Source of the DNA: Candidatus Undinarchaeales archaeon
GTDB taxonomy: Archaea; SpSt-1190; JASMDC01
NCBI GenBank assembly: GCA_030753015.1
Contig: JASMDC010000007.1
Span: 63,107-127,106, forward strand
Length of the DNA stretch: 64,000 nt
Reading direction: 5' to 3'
Part shown: piece after piece, positions 18,952 through 27,567 of the stretch
How the letters are laid out: every line of letters begins with the position of its first letter
Numbering within the stretch: the stretch's first letter is position 1
The notes under the pieces: model-generated
Told to the model about the DNA's origin: nothing
The model's input: only the letters and a program-made list of their open reading frames with translations
Database searches by the model: none
Made by a program: the position numbers and the translations under genes

Positions 18952-20215
18952 CGTAATGCCGGACGACGGCCCTGCAGCGCAGGTGACCGGGAACCAGAAC
19001 CTCGTCAACCTGCTAATCATCGGCGTTATCGTGGTGGTTCTGTGGTTCGCGCTCGTGAACATCATCCCGCCCCTGCCCTCAACGGACGGGCTCGTCGACC
19101 TGCTAGAGGAAGGACAAGGGGGAAACGGCGCGCTCCGGTGCGCGTTCACCTTCGGCGGCAGCTGGAACATCTATGAGGATCCCAAGTACTGCGTTCCGCC
19201 CGACCATGCGGACACGGACGATCCCGCTGACGCCACCGAGTGCATCTGGTACGTCCAGAACGGGTGCACGCCCGGGAGCGACCCCGGGTGCACGGCCCCG
19301 CCCAGGGACCGCATCCCACGCCAGGATCTGTGCGCGCTCCATCCGTGTCGGGCACGGGACATGTTCGTTGCTGCCAGTGACGCCAAGTACGGCTGGCCCT
19401 ACTTCGAGGTGTGCATCCCCGCCGCTCTGCTGGAGGACGATGCCGTAGAAGCGATCCCGATAAAACGCCGCGGTGCCAGCAAGGCCCCACCGACACCGCT
19501 TCCCCGGGAGCTGCTCGAGCCGTACACCGACATCTGGACGGCCCTCGATCCCGTGTGCTCCGGACGTCCCGCCCCGCAGGGGGAGTGTCCCGAGGGGATG
19601 GTGTTCATCGGCTCGTGCGGCGGTTTCTGCATCGACCTGTACGAAGCGTCGCGCGGTCCCCGCGGAGGGGCCCAGTCGAAGCCTAGACGGAGGCCGTGGA
19701 CCGATATCACCTGGAACGGCGCCCAGCGTGCCTGCATGATGGCCGGCAAGCGCCTGTGCAAGGACTTCGAGTGGGTGGCGGCATGCAACCTGGACGGCGA
19801 TCGCTACGGCCTCACCGAGGAGGAGGACGATGAGCAGTACGGGTGCGCCACGCGACCGGTCGCGAACGACACCGGCCTCCTCACCGGCAGCCGATCCAAA
19901 TGTCGGAGCGATGCGGGCGTCCACGACATGATCGGTAACGTCTGGGAGTGGACGGACGCACGGGTGCCGGACGACTCGTGGACCGGGAAGGGCGGATCCA
20001 TAGGGGAGCTCATGGGCACGAATCCCACCAGGTACGGCCACGATGCGCTCTATAGGAATTCTGTCGCCAGGGGGAACACCTTCCTTCGGGGCGGCGGCCG
20101 GTACGGGGGCACCGGCGAGTCGGAGGAACGCGGATGTTTCAACCTTGCCCTGGGCGCCGAGCCCGGGTACAGCCTTCCGGGTATCGGGTTCAGGTGCTGC
20201 GCGGACCCGGAGTGA
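18944..20215 (+). CDS. Membrane-anchored FGE-sulfatase (SUMF1) domain protein with Cys-rich linker
   Basis: N-terminal TM; CPEGMV, FCIDLYE, GKRLC..EW..AC, DMIGNVWEW, RGG, IGFRCC. Confidence 0.82.
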   Translation: MSSVMPDDGPAAQVTGNQNLVNLLIIGVIVVVLWFALVNIIPPLPSTDGLVDLLEEGQGGNGALRCAFTFGGSWNIYEDPKYCVPPDHADTDDPADATECIWYVQNGCTPGSDPGCTAPPRDRIPRQDLCALHPCRARDMFVAASDAKYGWPYFEVCIPAALLEDDAVEAIPIKRRGASKAPPTPLPRELLEPYTDIWTALDPVCSGRPAPQGECPEGMVFIGSCGGFCIDLYEASRGPRGGAQSKPRRRPWTDITWNGAQRACMMAGKRLCKDFEWVAACNLDGDRYGLTEEEDDEQYGCATRPVANDTGLLTGSRSKCRSDAGVHDMIGNVWEWTDARVPDDSWTGKGGSIGELMGTNPTRYGHDALYRNSVARGNTFLRGGGRYGGTGESEERGCFNLALGAEPGYSLPGIGFRCCADPE

Positions 20216-20222
20216 GGGGCGC

Positions 20223-20846
20223 TCAGGGTAGCCATACCTCTCTGACGTTGTACCTGACGCCCTCACCGTTCAGGAAACCAGTCATCCCTCCTAAGGAACG
20301 CAGGGGGACGAGGAGCACGCCCCGTCCAAGCCTCGTGCCGCCCAGCATCTCTACCTTGCCCTTTGACGTGTATGTCTTCTCACCCACCTTCTGCGAGTAA
20401 CCGTAGAGGGCACGCCATAGCTTCACCTTCCTTGCACGTTCCAAATCGGCGAGGTCGAGCTCGAACAATCCTTGCCCCTCCATGTTCTTCGGGACGACAC
20501 TGGACGGTCCATAGAGGGTGACTGCCGACTCCGCGAGGGCCGACTGCAGGGACTCCCAGGTCTCCAACCTACCCACTCGGAGCGAGATTGGATTCCTTAT
20601 ACCCTCGAGATGGTGCTTCCTTGCATCCTCTGACGCCTCGAAGAGGTCGAGCCGGCCACGTATCCTCTTCTCGTATCCATCGTCCTCGATATCGATGAAC
20701 ACGTCGATGTCGCTCTCCTCGTCGAAGTCGCCGCGTGCCACAGAACCGAACACGAGCACTCGCTGGACGGCGGTGCCGATAGCCGGATCCTTGATGAGGA
20801 ACGACACAAAGCTCGATGCATAGGAAAGAAGGTCATACCTGTTCAT
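20223..20846 (-). CDS. Minimal nucleotidyltransferase (MNT) with extra C-terminal domain
   Basis: LVFGSVARGDFDEESDIDVFI motif; start MNRYDLLSYAS overlapping the upstream gene. Confidence 0.85.
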   Translation of the reverse strand: MNRYDLLSYASSFVSFLIKDPAIGTAVQRVLVFGSVARGDFDEESDIDVFIDIEDDGYEKRIRGRLDLFEASEDARKHHLEGIRNPISLRVGRLETWESLQSALAESAVTLYGPSSVVPKNMEGQGLFELDLADLERARKVKLWRALYGYSQKVGEKTYTSKGKVEMLGGTRLGRGVLLVPLRSLGGMTGFLNGEGVRYNVREVWLP

Positions 20847-21243
20847 CCGACCACCCTCCGTCAAGGCCAAGTATCCTGGACTCTATGTTAGTGAAGAGCT
20901 CGAGAACCCTCTCGATATCTCCTTGCTCCTTGGGAGCACCGTACGCGAGATTCTCGCTCTGATCCTCCAACTCCACCATGAGGTCCACGACAGCCTCCCT
21001 GTCGGGGAATGTCGGGAGCCGCTCAAGAACAGTCTTAGATTTGAACCAGCGATGGTTGATCTGGGCCCCTGAAGTGATCAGGTTCTTCAAGTGAAGGTCT
21101 GCTGAGAGCAGTTCGACGACGCTCCGTGAAGCATGCAGCCCGACGATCCTCTGGGCATTCACCAGTCCCCGGACCCTCAAAGCCCATTCGAAGATGGCCA
21201 GCCTGTGCTCCCGATAGGCATTAAGATGGTCCTCGTACCGCAT
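20833..21243 (-). CDS. Putative HEPN-like partner of the MNT
   Basis: All-helical ~136-aa ORF translationally coupled to the MNT gene; HEPN assignment rests on context. Confidence 0.55.
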   Translation of the reverse strand: MRYEDHLNAYREHRLAIFEWALRVRGLVNAQRIVGLHASRSVVELLSADLHLKNLITSGAQINHRWFKSKTVLERLPTFPDREAVVDLMVELEDQSENLAYGAPKEQGDIERVLELFTNIESRILGLDGGWSDEQV

Positions 21244-21252
21244 AGGTATATT

Positions 21253-21335
21253 ATATGTGACTTAGTATATAAAAATTATGTTACTAAGGCGCATATGTCA
21301 CCTAGTATATAAAATTTATGCGACTAAGTAACATA
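21253..21335. repeat. Two 36-bp direct repeats (40-bp period), each containing TATATAAAA; promoter/operator
   Basis: atatgtgacttagtatataaaaattatgttactaag vs atatgtcacctagtatataaaatttatgcgactaag. Confidence 0.75.
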
Positions 21336-21438
21336 AACCCTGACATGATGGCACCCCTTCATCGCCAGACACGGCCACACCACCATCCGCGAGAAGTCCT
21401 TCTCGATTCGCGTGCGGATTAGGCTGACTATGGACGGG

Positions 21439-22896
21439 CTATTTGTCCTTCAGGATGTCTTTAGCAGAGAATACTGCGACCATGTTCGTCTGTGAGGGAC
21501 GGTCCAGCATGTTTGCGGCGATGATGAGCGTTTCGTCATGTTCGATGAGGTCCTTCTCGAAACAGGCCTTGACGGACCTTCGAATCAGGGTCAGGCTATC
21601 CTCGGATCCCTCGAGTCCCGGTATCAGGAGTGGTTCGATACCCCATACAAGCCTCATCTCCCTCGCGGTCCGAGTATGGGACGTGATCCCGAGGATGGGC
21701 AACGAGGGCCTGTATTTCGATACCATCCGCCCGGTGTAGCCGTTATGGGTGAGGCAGATGATCATACCGTTCTTGCACTGCATGTCGCTCAGTTTCTTGC
21801 ATGCGGAGTACACCAAGTGACCGATCATCTCGGATGTGGTCTCGTGCTCCGAGTCGTAGTTGTCAGGATCCCTCTGGGGGATCAGTGCCTCGGACACACG
21901 TATCACCCGCTCCATCATTTCCACGGCCTCACCGGGGAATTCGCCCGATGCTGTCTCGGCGCTCAGCATGACCGCGTCGGCGCCGTCCTCGATCGCGTTG
22001 AACACGTCGGAGATCTCCGCTCTTGTGGGCATGGGGGACTTCACCATGGACTCGAGCATCTGGGTGGCCACGATGATCGGCTTTCCCGCGATGTTGCACT
22101 TCCTGATCATCTCCTTCTGGTAGGGGAGCACCTCTTCCGGGGGGATCTCGACGCCCAGGTCGCCTCGTGCCACCATGATGCCGTCGGAGACCTCAAGGAT
22201 GGTGTCGAACGTTGCTAGCGCGATGGGTCGGTCGATCTTCGTGATCAGCTTGATCCCGTCATTGCCGCGCTCGATCAGGATCTTCTTGACAGCGAGCACG
22301 TCGCTCTCGGTGTCCACGTAGGACACAGCCACGAACTCCGGATCGAGATCGGCGATGACCCAGAGGTCCTGTATGTCCTGCCCTGTCGGGACCGTGAACG
22401 GGAAGACGAGCGACGGCGTGTTCACGCCCATCCTGCTGGAGATGAACCCACCGGATAGGATCGTGCACTCCATCTCCTCCTCCGAGATGGTCTCTATCCT
22501 CAGGCACACGATACCGTCATTGATGTAGAACAGGTCGCCCTGCTTCAGATCCTCGTAGAGGTCCTTGTTTGTGATTGAGATCTTCTCGCTTGTACCGGTG
22601 ACGTCCTTGTTCGTGATTGTTATGCTGTTCCCCGCATGGAGGACTGCCCCGCCCTTCTGCATCTTGCCGATCCTGATCTTGGGTCCCTGGAGCTCGCAAA
22701 TGATCGGTATGCTATCGTCCGCCTTCCTGACGTTCTTGAACAATGAGAGCTTCTCGTTGATCGTCCCGCACGAGAAATCGATGCGTGCACAGTCCATCCC
22801 GAGCTCTGTCAGCTTCCGTATCTGCTCGGGTGTTGATGTCGCGGGTCCCAGGGTGCAGATGATCTTGGATTTCGTGAGCGACTTCTGGTTGTCCAT
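21439..22896 (-). CDS. pyk: Pyruvate kinase
   Basis: KIICTLGPAT, LQGPKIR, DGIMVARGDLGVE, ATQMLESM, PTRAE, DAVMLSAETA. Confidence 0.95.
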   Translation of the reverse strand: MDNQKSLTKSKIICTLGPATSTPEQIRKLTELGMDCARIDFSCGTINEKLSLFKNVRKADDSIPIICELQGPKIRIGKMQKGGAVLHAGNSITITNKDVTGTSEKISITNKDLYEDLKQGDLFYINDGIVCLRIETISEEEMECTILSGGFISSRMGVNTPSLVFPFTVPTGQDIQDLWVIADLDPEFVAVSYVDTESDVLAVKKILIERGNDGIKLITKIDRPIALATFDTILEVSDGIMVARGDLGVEIPPEEVLPYQKEMIRKCNIAGKPIIVATQMLESMVKSPMPTRAEISDVFNAIEDGADAVMLSAETASGEFPGEAVEMMERVIRVSEALIPQRDPDNYDSEHETTSEMIGHLVYSACKKLSDMQCKNGMIICLTHNGYTGRMVSKYRPSLPILGITSHTRTAREMRLVWGIEPLLIPGLEGSEDSLTLIRRSVKACFEKDLIEHDETLIIAANMLDRPSQTNMVAVFSAKDILKDK

Positions 22897-22976
22897 GGGC
22901 CAGCCCCCCTTCCAGGGCACATGTCCCTACATATCTATAAATCAATGGGAATCCGCAGGGGGCTGCGGTCCGCTAC

Positions 22977-24842
22977 CTATCCCACGATCCGGCTGAAGTC
23001 CTTTTCGATGCGGGTGCGGGTGAGGCCGACGATGGTGGGCCTGCCGTGGGGGCAGTTCCATGGATGCTCGCAGCGCAGGAGCTTGCGTAGCAGGTCCTCC
23101 GCCTGGCCGGGCGTGAGGCGCTCGCCCGCCTTGATGGAACCGCGACAGGCCATGATCTTGAGGATGGCGTCCACCTGCGACTCCCGATGCTTGGGTTTCC
23201 CGAGCCGGAGGATGTCGTCGATGAGCGCACGCACCTGATCGGGACCGGTGGTCCTGCCGAGCACCACGGGCACGCGGCTCACCTGGAAGCTGTTCTTGCC
23301 GAAGGGCTCGATGGCCAGGCCGAGCCCGGCAAGCTCGTCCAGTCGGTCCTGCAGCAGCACCGCCTCCCGCGGTCCCAGCTCGAGCACCTGGGGTGACACC
23401 AGCTCCTGACCTCCAACGTCGCCATCGGCGTGCGACCGGACGAGCTCCTCGTACTTGGTGCGCTCGGCGGCCGCGTGGAGGTCGACCATCAGCAGCTCGT
23501 CCCGTCCCTGAAAGAGCAGGTAGGTATCGAACAGCTCTCCGATGTAGATGAGGCCTGCGAACCGTCCATCGAACCGCTCCTGCTGGGGCAGGTCCTCCAC
23601 GGGCGTGTCGGTCCGGCCCGACGGAGCTGTCTCCCGAGGCTTTGCCAACACCGCCTGGACCTGGCCGGGCCGCGTCCCGATATCGGTACCGACCGGAGCG
23701 CTCCTCGCAGCGGGCCTTGCTACTGGACGTGAGATGCCACGGGCCGCCCTGTCAGCGCCTACTGTCCCCGGTAATGGCTCCTGCTGTGTCGAGGGGGCCA
23801 GGGGGATCCCCGCTCCGGCAGCACGGAACACCGGCGCCCGCGCTGCGAGCGCGTCGGCCACGACGGCGGCTACGGCGTCGGACACCCTGGACGGATGGAC
23901 GAACCGCACCTCCCGCTTGGAAGGATGGACGTTCACGTCCACCTCGGCGGGGTCCACCTCGATGAAGAGCACGCCGGGCGGTACGTTCCTGCCCGGCGGA
24001 AGGGTGCCCCTGTATCCCTCGGACAGCGCACGGCGCAGGAGGGGCATGCGCACCGGCCGGCCGTTGACGAAAACGAAGGGGGGACGTGCGGGTGGTGCGG
24101 GGGCATCGGGGGGCACGATGAGGCCGTACGCACGCACCCCGTCCCGCTCATCGTCAACGGTCACCATGTGCCGGGCGACGTCCTTGCCCAGGACCGCCAT
24201 GGCGGCGGCCTCGAGCTCGCCGGACCCCGGCGTGAGCAGGAGGGTATGCCCTCCGTGCTCCAGGCTGAAGGATACGTCGGCGTTGGCCAGGGCGGCGGCG
24301 TTCACCACCTCGGTCACGTGACCCAGCTCGGTCGCCGTTGCGCGAAGGTGCTTTCGCCGGGCGGGCGTGTTGAAGAACAGTTCCCGCACCTCGACCTCGG
24401 TGCCCGTGGGGGCGGCTGTGGGCTGGACCGATACCGTCCGGCCCCCCTCCACACGTACCTCTGTCGCTCCCGCCAGCGGATCGCGGCAGGTGACCAGCCG
24501 CACGAGGGCGACCGAGGCGATGGAGGGCAGCGCCTCGCCCCTGAATCCCAGGGTGCCCAGTCCGCGCAGGTCGTCGATGGCGACGAGCTTGGACGTAGCG
24601 TGGCGTTCGAAGCACAGCTCGGCGTCCTCGGCGGTCATGGCGCGGCCGTCGTCGCGTACGGCCACCAGCTCCTTACCTCCGTCGGAGACGCGCACCTCGA
24701 TCCGGGTCGACCCGGCGTCCAGGGCGTTCTCCACCAGCTCCTTCACCACCGACGCTGGCCGCTCGACCACCTCGCCCGCAGCGATCTGGTTCGCCACGAC
24801 GTCAGAGAGCACTTGGATCTCAGTCATCGCCGCCACCACCAT
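22977..24842 (-). CDS. mutL: DNA mismatch repair endonuclease MutL
   Basis: IAAGEVVERPASVVKELVEN, GFRGEAL, DVNVHPSKREV, DLHAAAER, ACR, CPHGRP. Confidence 0.96.
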   Translation of the reverse strand: MVVAAMTEIQVLSDVVANQIAAGEVVERPASVVKELVENALDAGSTRIEVRVSDGGKELVAVRDDGRAMTAEDAELCFERHATSKLVAIDDLRGLGTLGFRGEALPSIASVALVRLVTCRDPLAGATEVRVEGGRTVSVQPTAAPTGTEVEVRELFFNTPARRKHLRATATELGHVTEVVNAAALANADVSFSLEHGGHTLLLTPGSGELEAAAMAVLGKDVARHMVTVDDERDGVRAYGLIVPPDAPAPPARPPFVFVNGRPVRMPLLRRALSEGYRGTLPPGRNVPPGVLFIEVDPAEVDVNVHPSKREVRFVHPSRVSDAVAAVVADALAARAPVFRAAGAGIPLAPSTQQEPLPGTVGADRAARGISRPVARPAARSAPVGTDIGTRPGQVQAVLAKPRETAPSGRTDTPVEDLPQQERFDGRFAGLIYIGELFDTYLLFQGRDELLMVDLHAAAERTKYEELVRSHADGDVGGQELVSPQVLELGPREAVLLQDRLDELAGLGLAIEPFGKNSFQVSRVPVVLGRTTGPDQVRALIDDILRLGKPKHRESQVDAILKIMACRGSIKAGERLTPGQAEDLLRKLLRCEHPWNCPHGRPTIVGLTRTRIEKDFSRIVG

Positions 24843-27507
24843 GTGCCCGACGCTTGAGCTCCTCGAGCTTGTTAAGCGCCTGGACGGGCGTTATCTCGTT
24901 GAGGTTGAGGTCGGACAGCTCGTCCAGGACCGTGGCGCCCCCGGTGAACTCAACAAGGGACGCCTGCTTGGGCCTGGGCTCCGGTTCCCCTACCGGCTCC
25001 GGCGGTGCACGGGGCGGGGGTCGCGCCAGCGGTCCGATGGCCAGGGCCTGACTTCCGGGGTGGTCCGGATCCTCCAGCGTTCCCAGCACCTCCCGGGCGC
25101 GGTCCAGCACATCGTCGGGGAACCCGGCCAGCTGGGCCACCTCGATACCGTAGGAGCGGTCCGCCGGTCCGTCGACGACCTTGCGCAGGAACACAAGCCG
25201 GCCCCCGTCGTCCTTGATGGCGATCGAGAGGTTGCGCAGCCCCGCCAGCTCGTCCTCGAGCACGGTCAGTTGGTGGTAGTGAGTGGCGAACAGGGTCTTG
25301 CACCCCTTCTCCGGGTGGGAGTGGAGGTACTCGGTCACCGCCCACGCGATGGCCAGGCCGTCGAACGTGCTCGTCCCGCGGCCGATCTCGTCCAAGAGCA
25401 CCAGGCTGCGCGACGAGGCGTTGTGAAGGATGTTGCTCGTCTCGTTCATCTCCACCATGAAAGTCGATTGGCCCGAGGCGAGGTCGTCGTGGGCCCCCAC
25501 GCGCGTGAAGATGCGGTCCACTACGCCGATGACGGCCTCCAGTGCCGGGACGAACGAACCCATCTGGGCCATGAGCACGACGAGCGCCACCTGACGAAGG
25601 TAGGTGGACTTACCGGCCATGTTGGGGCCGGTGATGAGCAGGAACCGGTTCTCGCCGCAGTCAAGGAGGGTGTCGTTGGGGATGAACCCGCCCCGACCGA
25701 TGGTGCGCTCCACCACCGGGTGTCTACCTGCGAGGACGCGGACACGGTCGCCGTCGTTCACCTGCGGTCGCTTGTAGCCGCGGTCGTGGGCGACCTGGGC
25801 GAGGCATGCAAGCACGTCGATACGGGCCAGCACCTGGGCGGCGTCCTGGATGTCGGCCGCTCGCTCAGCGACCTGTGAGCGTACCCGACAGAACAGCTCG
25901 TACTCCAGGGCCACGGACCGCTCTTCAGCGGTGAGCACCTTGGCCTCGTACTCCTTGAGCTCTTCCGTGATGAACCGCTCGGCGTTGGCCAGCGTCTGTT
26001 TGCGGATGTAGTTGTCGGGGACGAGCTCGAGGTTCGGACGGGTGACCTCTATGTAATAGCCGAACACCTTGTTGAATCCCACACGCATCGATCTGATGCC
26101 CGTGCGCTTGCGCTCCGTCTCCTGCATGGTGGCGATCCAGTCCTTGCCCGAGCGTGACAGCGACCGCAGTTCGTCCAGGTCGGAGTCGAACCCCTCGCGG
26201 ATGATACCCCCGTCCCTCACGGCGTTGGGAGGCGCGTCCACGATAGCGCGTGCGACAAGGTCTGCTATGTCGTCCAGATCGGGCAGTGCCTCTCCTGCCT
26301 CGACGAGGAGGGCGGCGTTCCTTCCGGCCAGCTGCTCCCTGATACTCGGGAGCGTCAGCAGCGAATCGCGCAGCGAGACGAGGTCCCGTGCGTTGGCGGT
26401 GCCGGACACGATGCGGGTGGCCAGACGCTCCAGGTCCGCCACTCCGCGGAACAGGTCGCGCAGGTCGTCGCGGACCAGCTGCTGCTCCACTAGCTCGCCC
26501 ACGGCGTCAAGACGACCTCCGATGGTGGCCACGTCGGTGAGCGGCCGCAGGAGCCACCGGCGCAGGAGCCGGCCGCCCATGGGCGTGGTGGTGTGGTCCA
26601 GCACCTCGAGGAGGGTGTTGGTGGTGTCGTTGGTGCGGATGCTGCGTACCAGTTCCAGGTTGCGGGAGGAGACGGCGTCGATGACCAGCACGTCGTCGGT
26701 CGAGTAGGGGTGGAGTGTGCGGATGTGCTCGCCGGTGCCCTTGAACGTCTCGCGGATGTACACCAGCGCAGCACCTGCCGAGGACACGGCCAGGCGCCTG
26801 TCCTCCAGCCCGAACCCGTCGAGGGTGAGCGTGCCGAAGTGATCGCGCACGATATCGTACGCTCGCTCGAACGCGAAGTGAGCGTCAGGGAACTCCGAGA
26901 GGCGCATCACCGACTGCACCCGGACCAGTCGGACGAACGCCTCGTCCTGCCGCAGCCACTCGGGGACCAGCACTTCGGCGGGCCCCAGGCGGACGAGCTC
27001 GGCGTTGAGCTCTACTGCCGCGTCGTCGCCATCGAACTGGGTGGCCATAAACTCGCCGGTGGAGATGTCGATGACCGCAAGACCGTAGGAACCGCCACCG
27101 GCGGACACGGAGGCCAGGAAGTTGTTCTCCTTCTCGTCGAGGAGGAAGCCCTCCATCAGCGTGCCGGGGGTGTAGACGCGGATAACACCGCGCTTGACCA
27201 GGCCCTTGGCCTTCTTGGGATCCTCCAGCTGCTCGCACACCGCCACCTTGTGCCCGGCCTTGAGCATCCGGCCGATGTAGTTGTCCAGCGCATGGTGGGG
27301 GAACCCGGCGAGCTTGGTCTCCTGTGGAGAGCCGCGGTTGCGGGAGGTGAGCACGATGTCGAGCGCCTTGCTGGTCTTGACGGCGTCCTCGCCGAAGGTC
27401 TCGAAGAAGTCACCCATCCGGAAGAAGAGCACGGCGTCAGGGTACTGCCGCTTCATTTCCCGGTACTGCCGGGTCATGGGCGTCTCCTTCTGCTTCGGTT
27501 TAGCCAG
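24820..27507 (-). CDS. mutS: DNA mismatch repair protein MutS (MutS1)
   Basis: FFRMGDFFETF, ITGPNMAGKSTYLRQ, STFMVEM, DEIGRGTS, FATHY, SYGIEVA; start probably CTG 27507 (ATG 27477 is an alternative). Confidence 0.96.
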   Translation of the reverse strand: MAKPKQKETPMTRQYREMKRQYPDAVLFFRMGDFFETFGEDAVKTSKALDIVLTSRNRGSPQETKLAGFPHHALDNYIGRMLKAGHKVAVCEQLEDPKKAKGLVKRGVIRVYTPGTLMEGFLLDEKENNFLASVSAGGGSYGLAVIDISTGEFMATQFDGDDAAVELNAELVRLGPAEVLVPEWLRQDEAFVRLVRVQSVMRLSEFPDAHFAFERAYDIVRDHFGTLTLDGFGLEDRRLAVSSAGAALVYIRETFKGTGEHIRTLHPYSTDDVLVIDAVSSRNLELVRSIRTNDTTNTLLEVLDHTTTPMGGRLLRRWLLRPLTDVATIGGRLDAVGELVEQQLVRDDLRDLFRGVADLERLATRIVSGTANARDLVSLRDSLLTLPSIREQLAGRNAALLVEAGEALPDLDDIADLVARAIVDAPPNAVRDGGIIREGFDSDLDELRSLSRSGKDWIATMQETERKRTGIRSMRVGFNKVFGYYIEVTRPNLELVPDNYIRKQTLANAERFITEELKEYEAKVLTAEERSVALEYELFCRVRSQVAERAADIQDAAQVLARIDVLACLAQVAHDRGYKRPQVNDGDRVRVLAGRHPVVERTIGRGGFIPNDTLLDCGENRFLLITGPNMAGKSTYLRQVALVVLMAQMGSFVPALEAVIGVVDRIFTRVGAHDDLASGQSTFMVEMNETSNILHNASSRSLVLLDEIGRGTSTFDGLAIAWAVTEYLHSHPEKGCKTLFATHYHQLTVLEDELAGLRNLSIAIKDDGGRLVFLRKVVDGPADRSYGIEVAQLAGFPDDVLDRAREVLGTLEDPDHPGSQALAIGPLARPPPRAPPEPVGEPEPRPKQASLVEFTGGATVLDELSDLNLNEITPVQALNKLEELKRRAHGGGGDD

Positions 27508-27567
27508 CCGTCACCCTCCTCCCGTCAGGAAGGAAGGTAGACTTTTATGTGCTGTGGATGGGGGCGG

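Noticed and set aside
18944-20215. FGE/CLec-fold protein as a diversity-generating retroelement target
   Set aside because: No reverse transcriptase and no template repeat matching its 3' end found in this window
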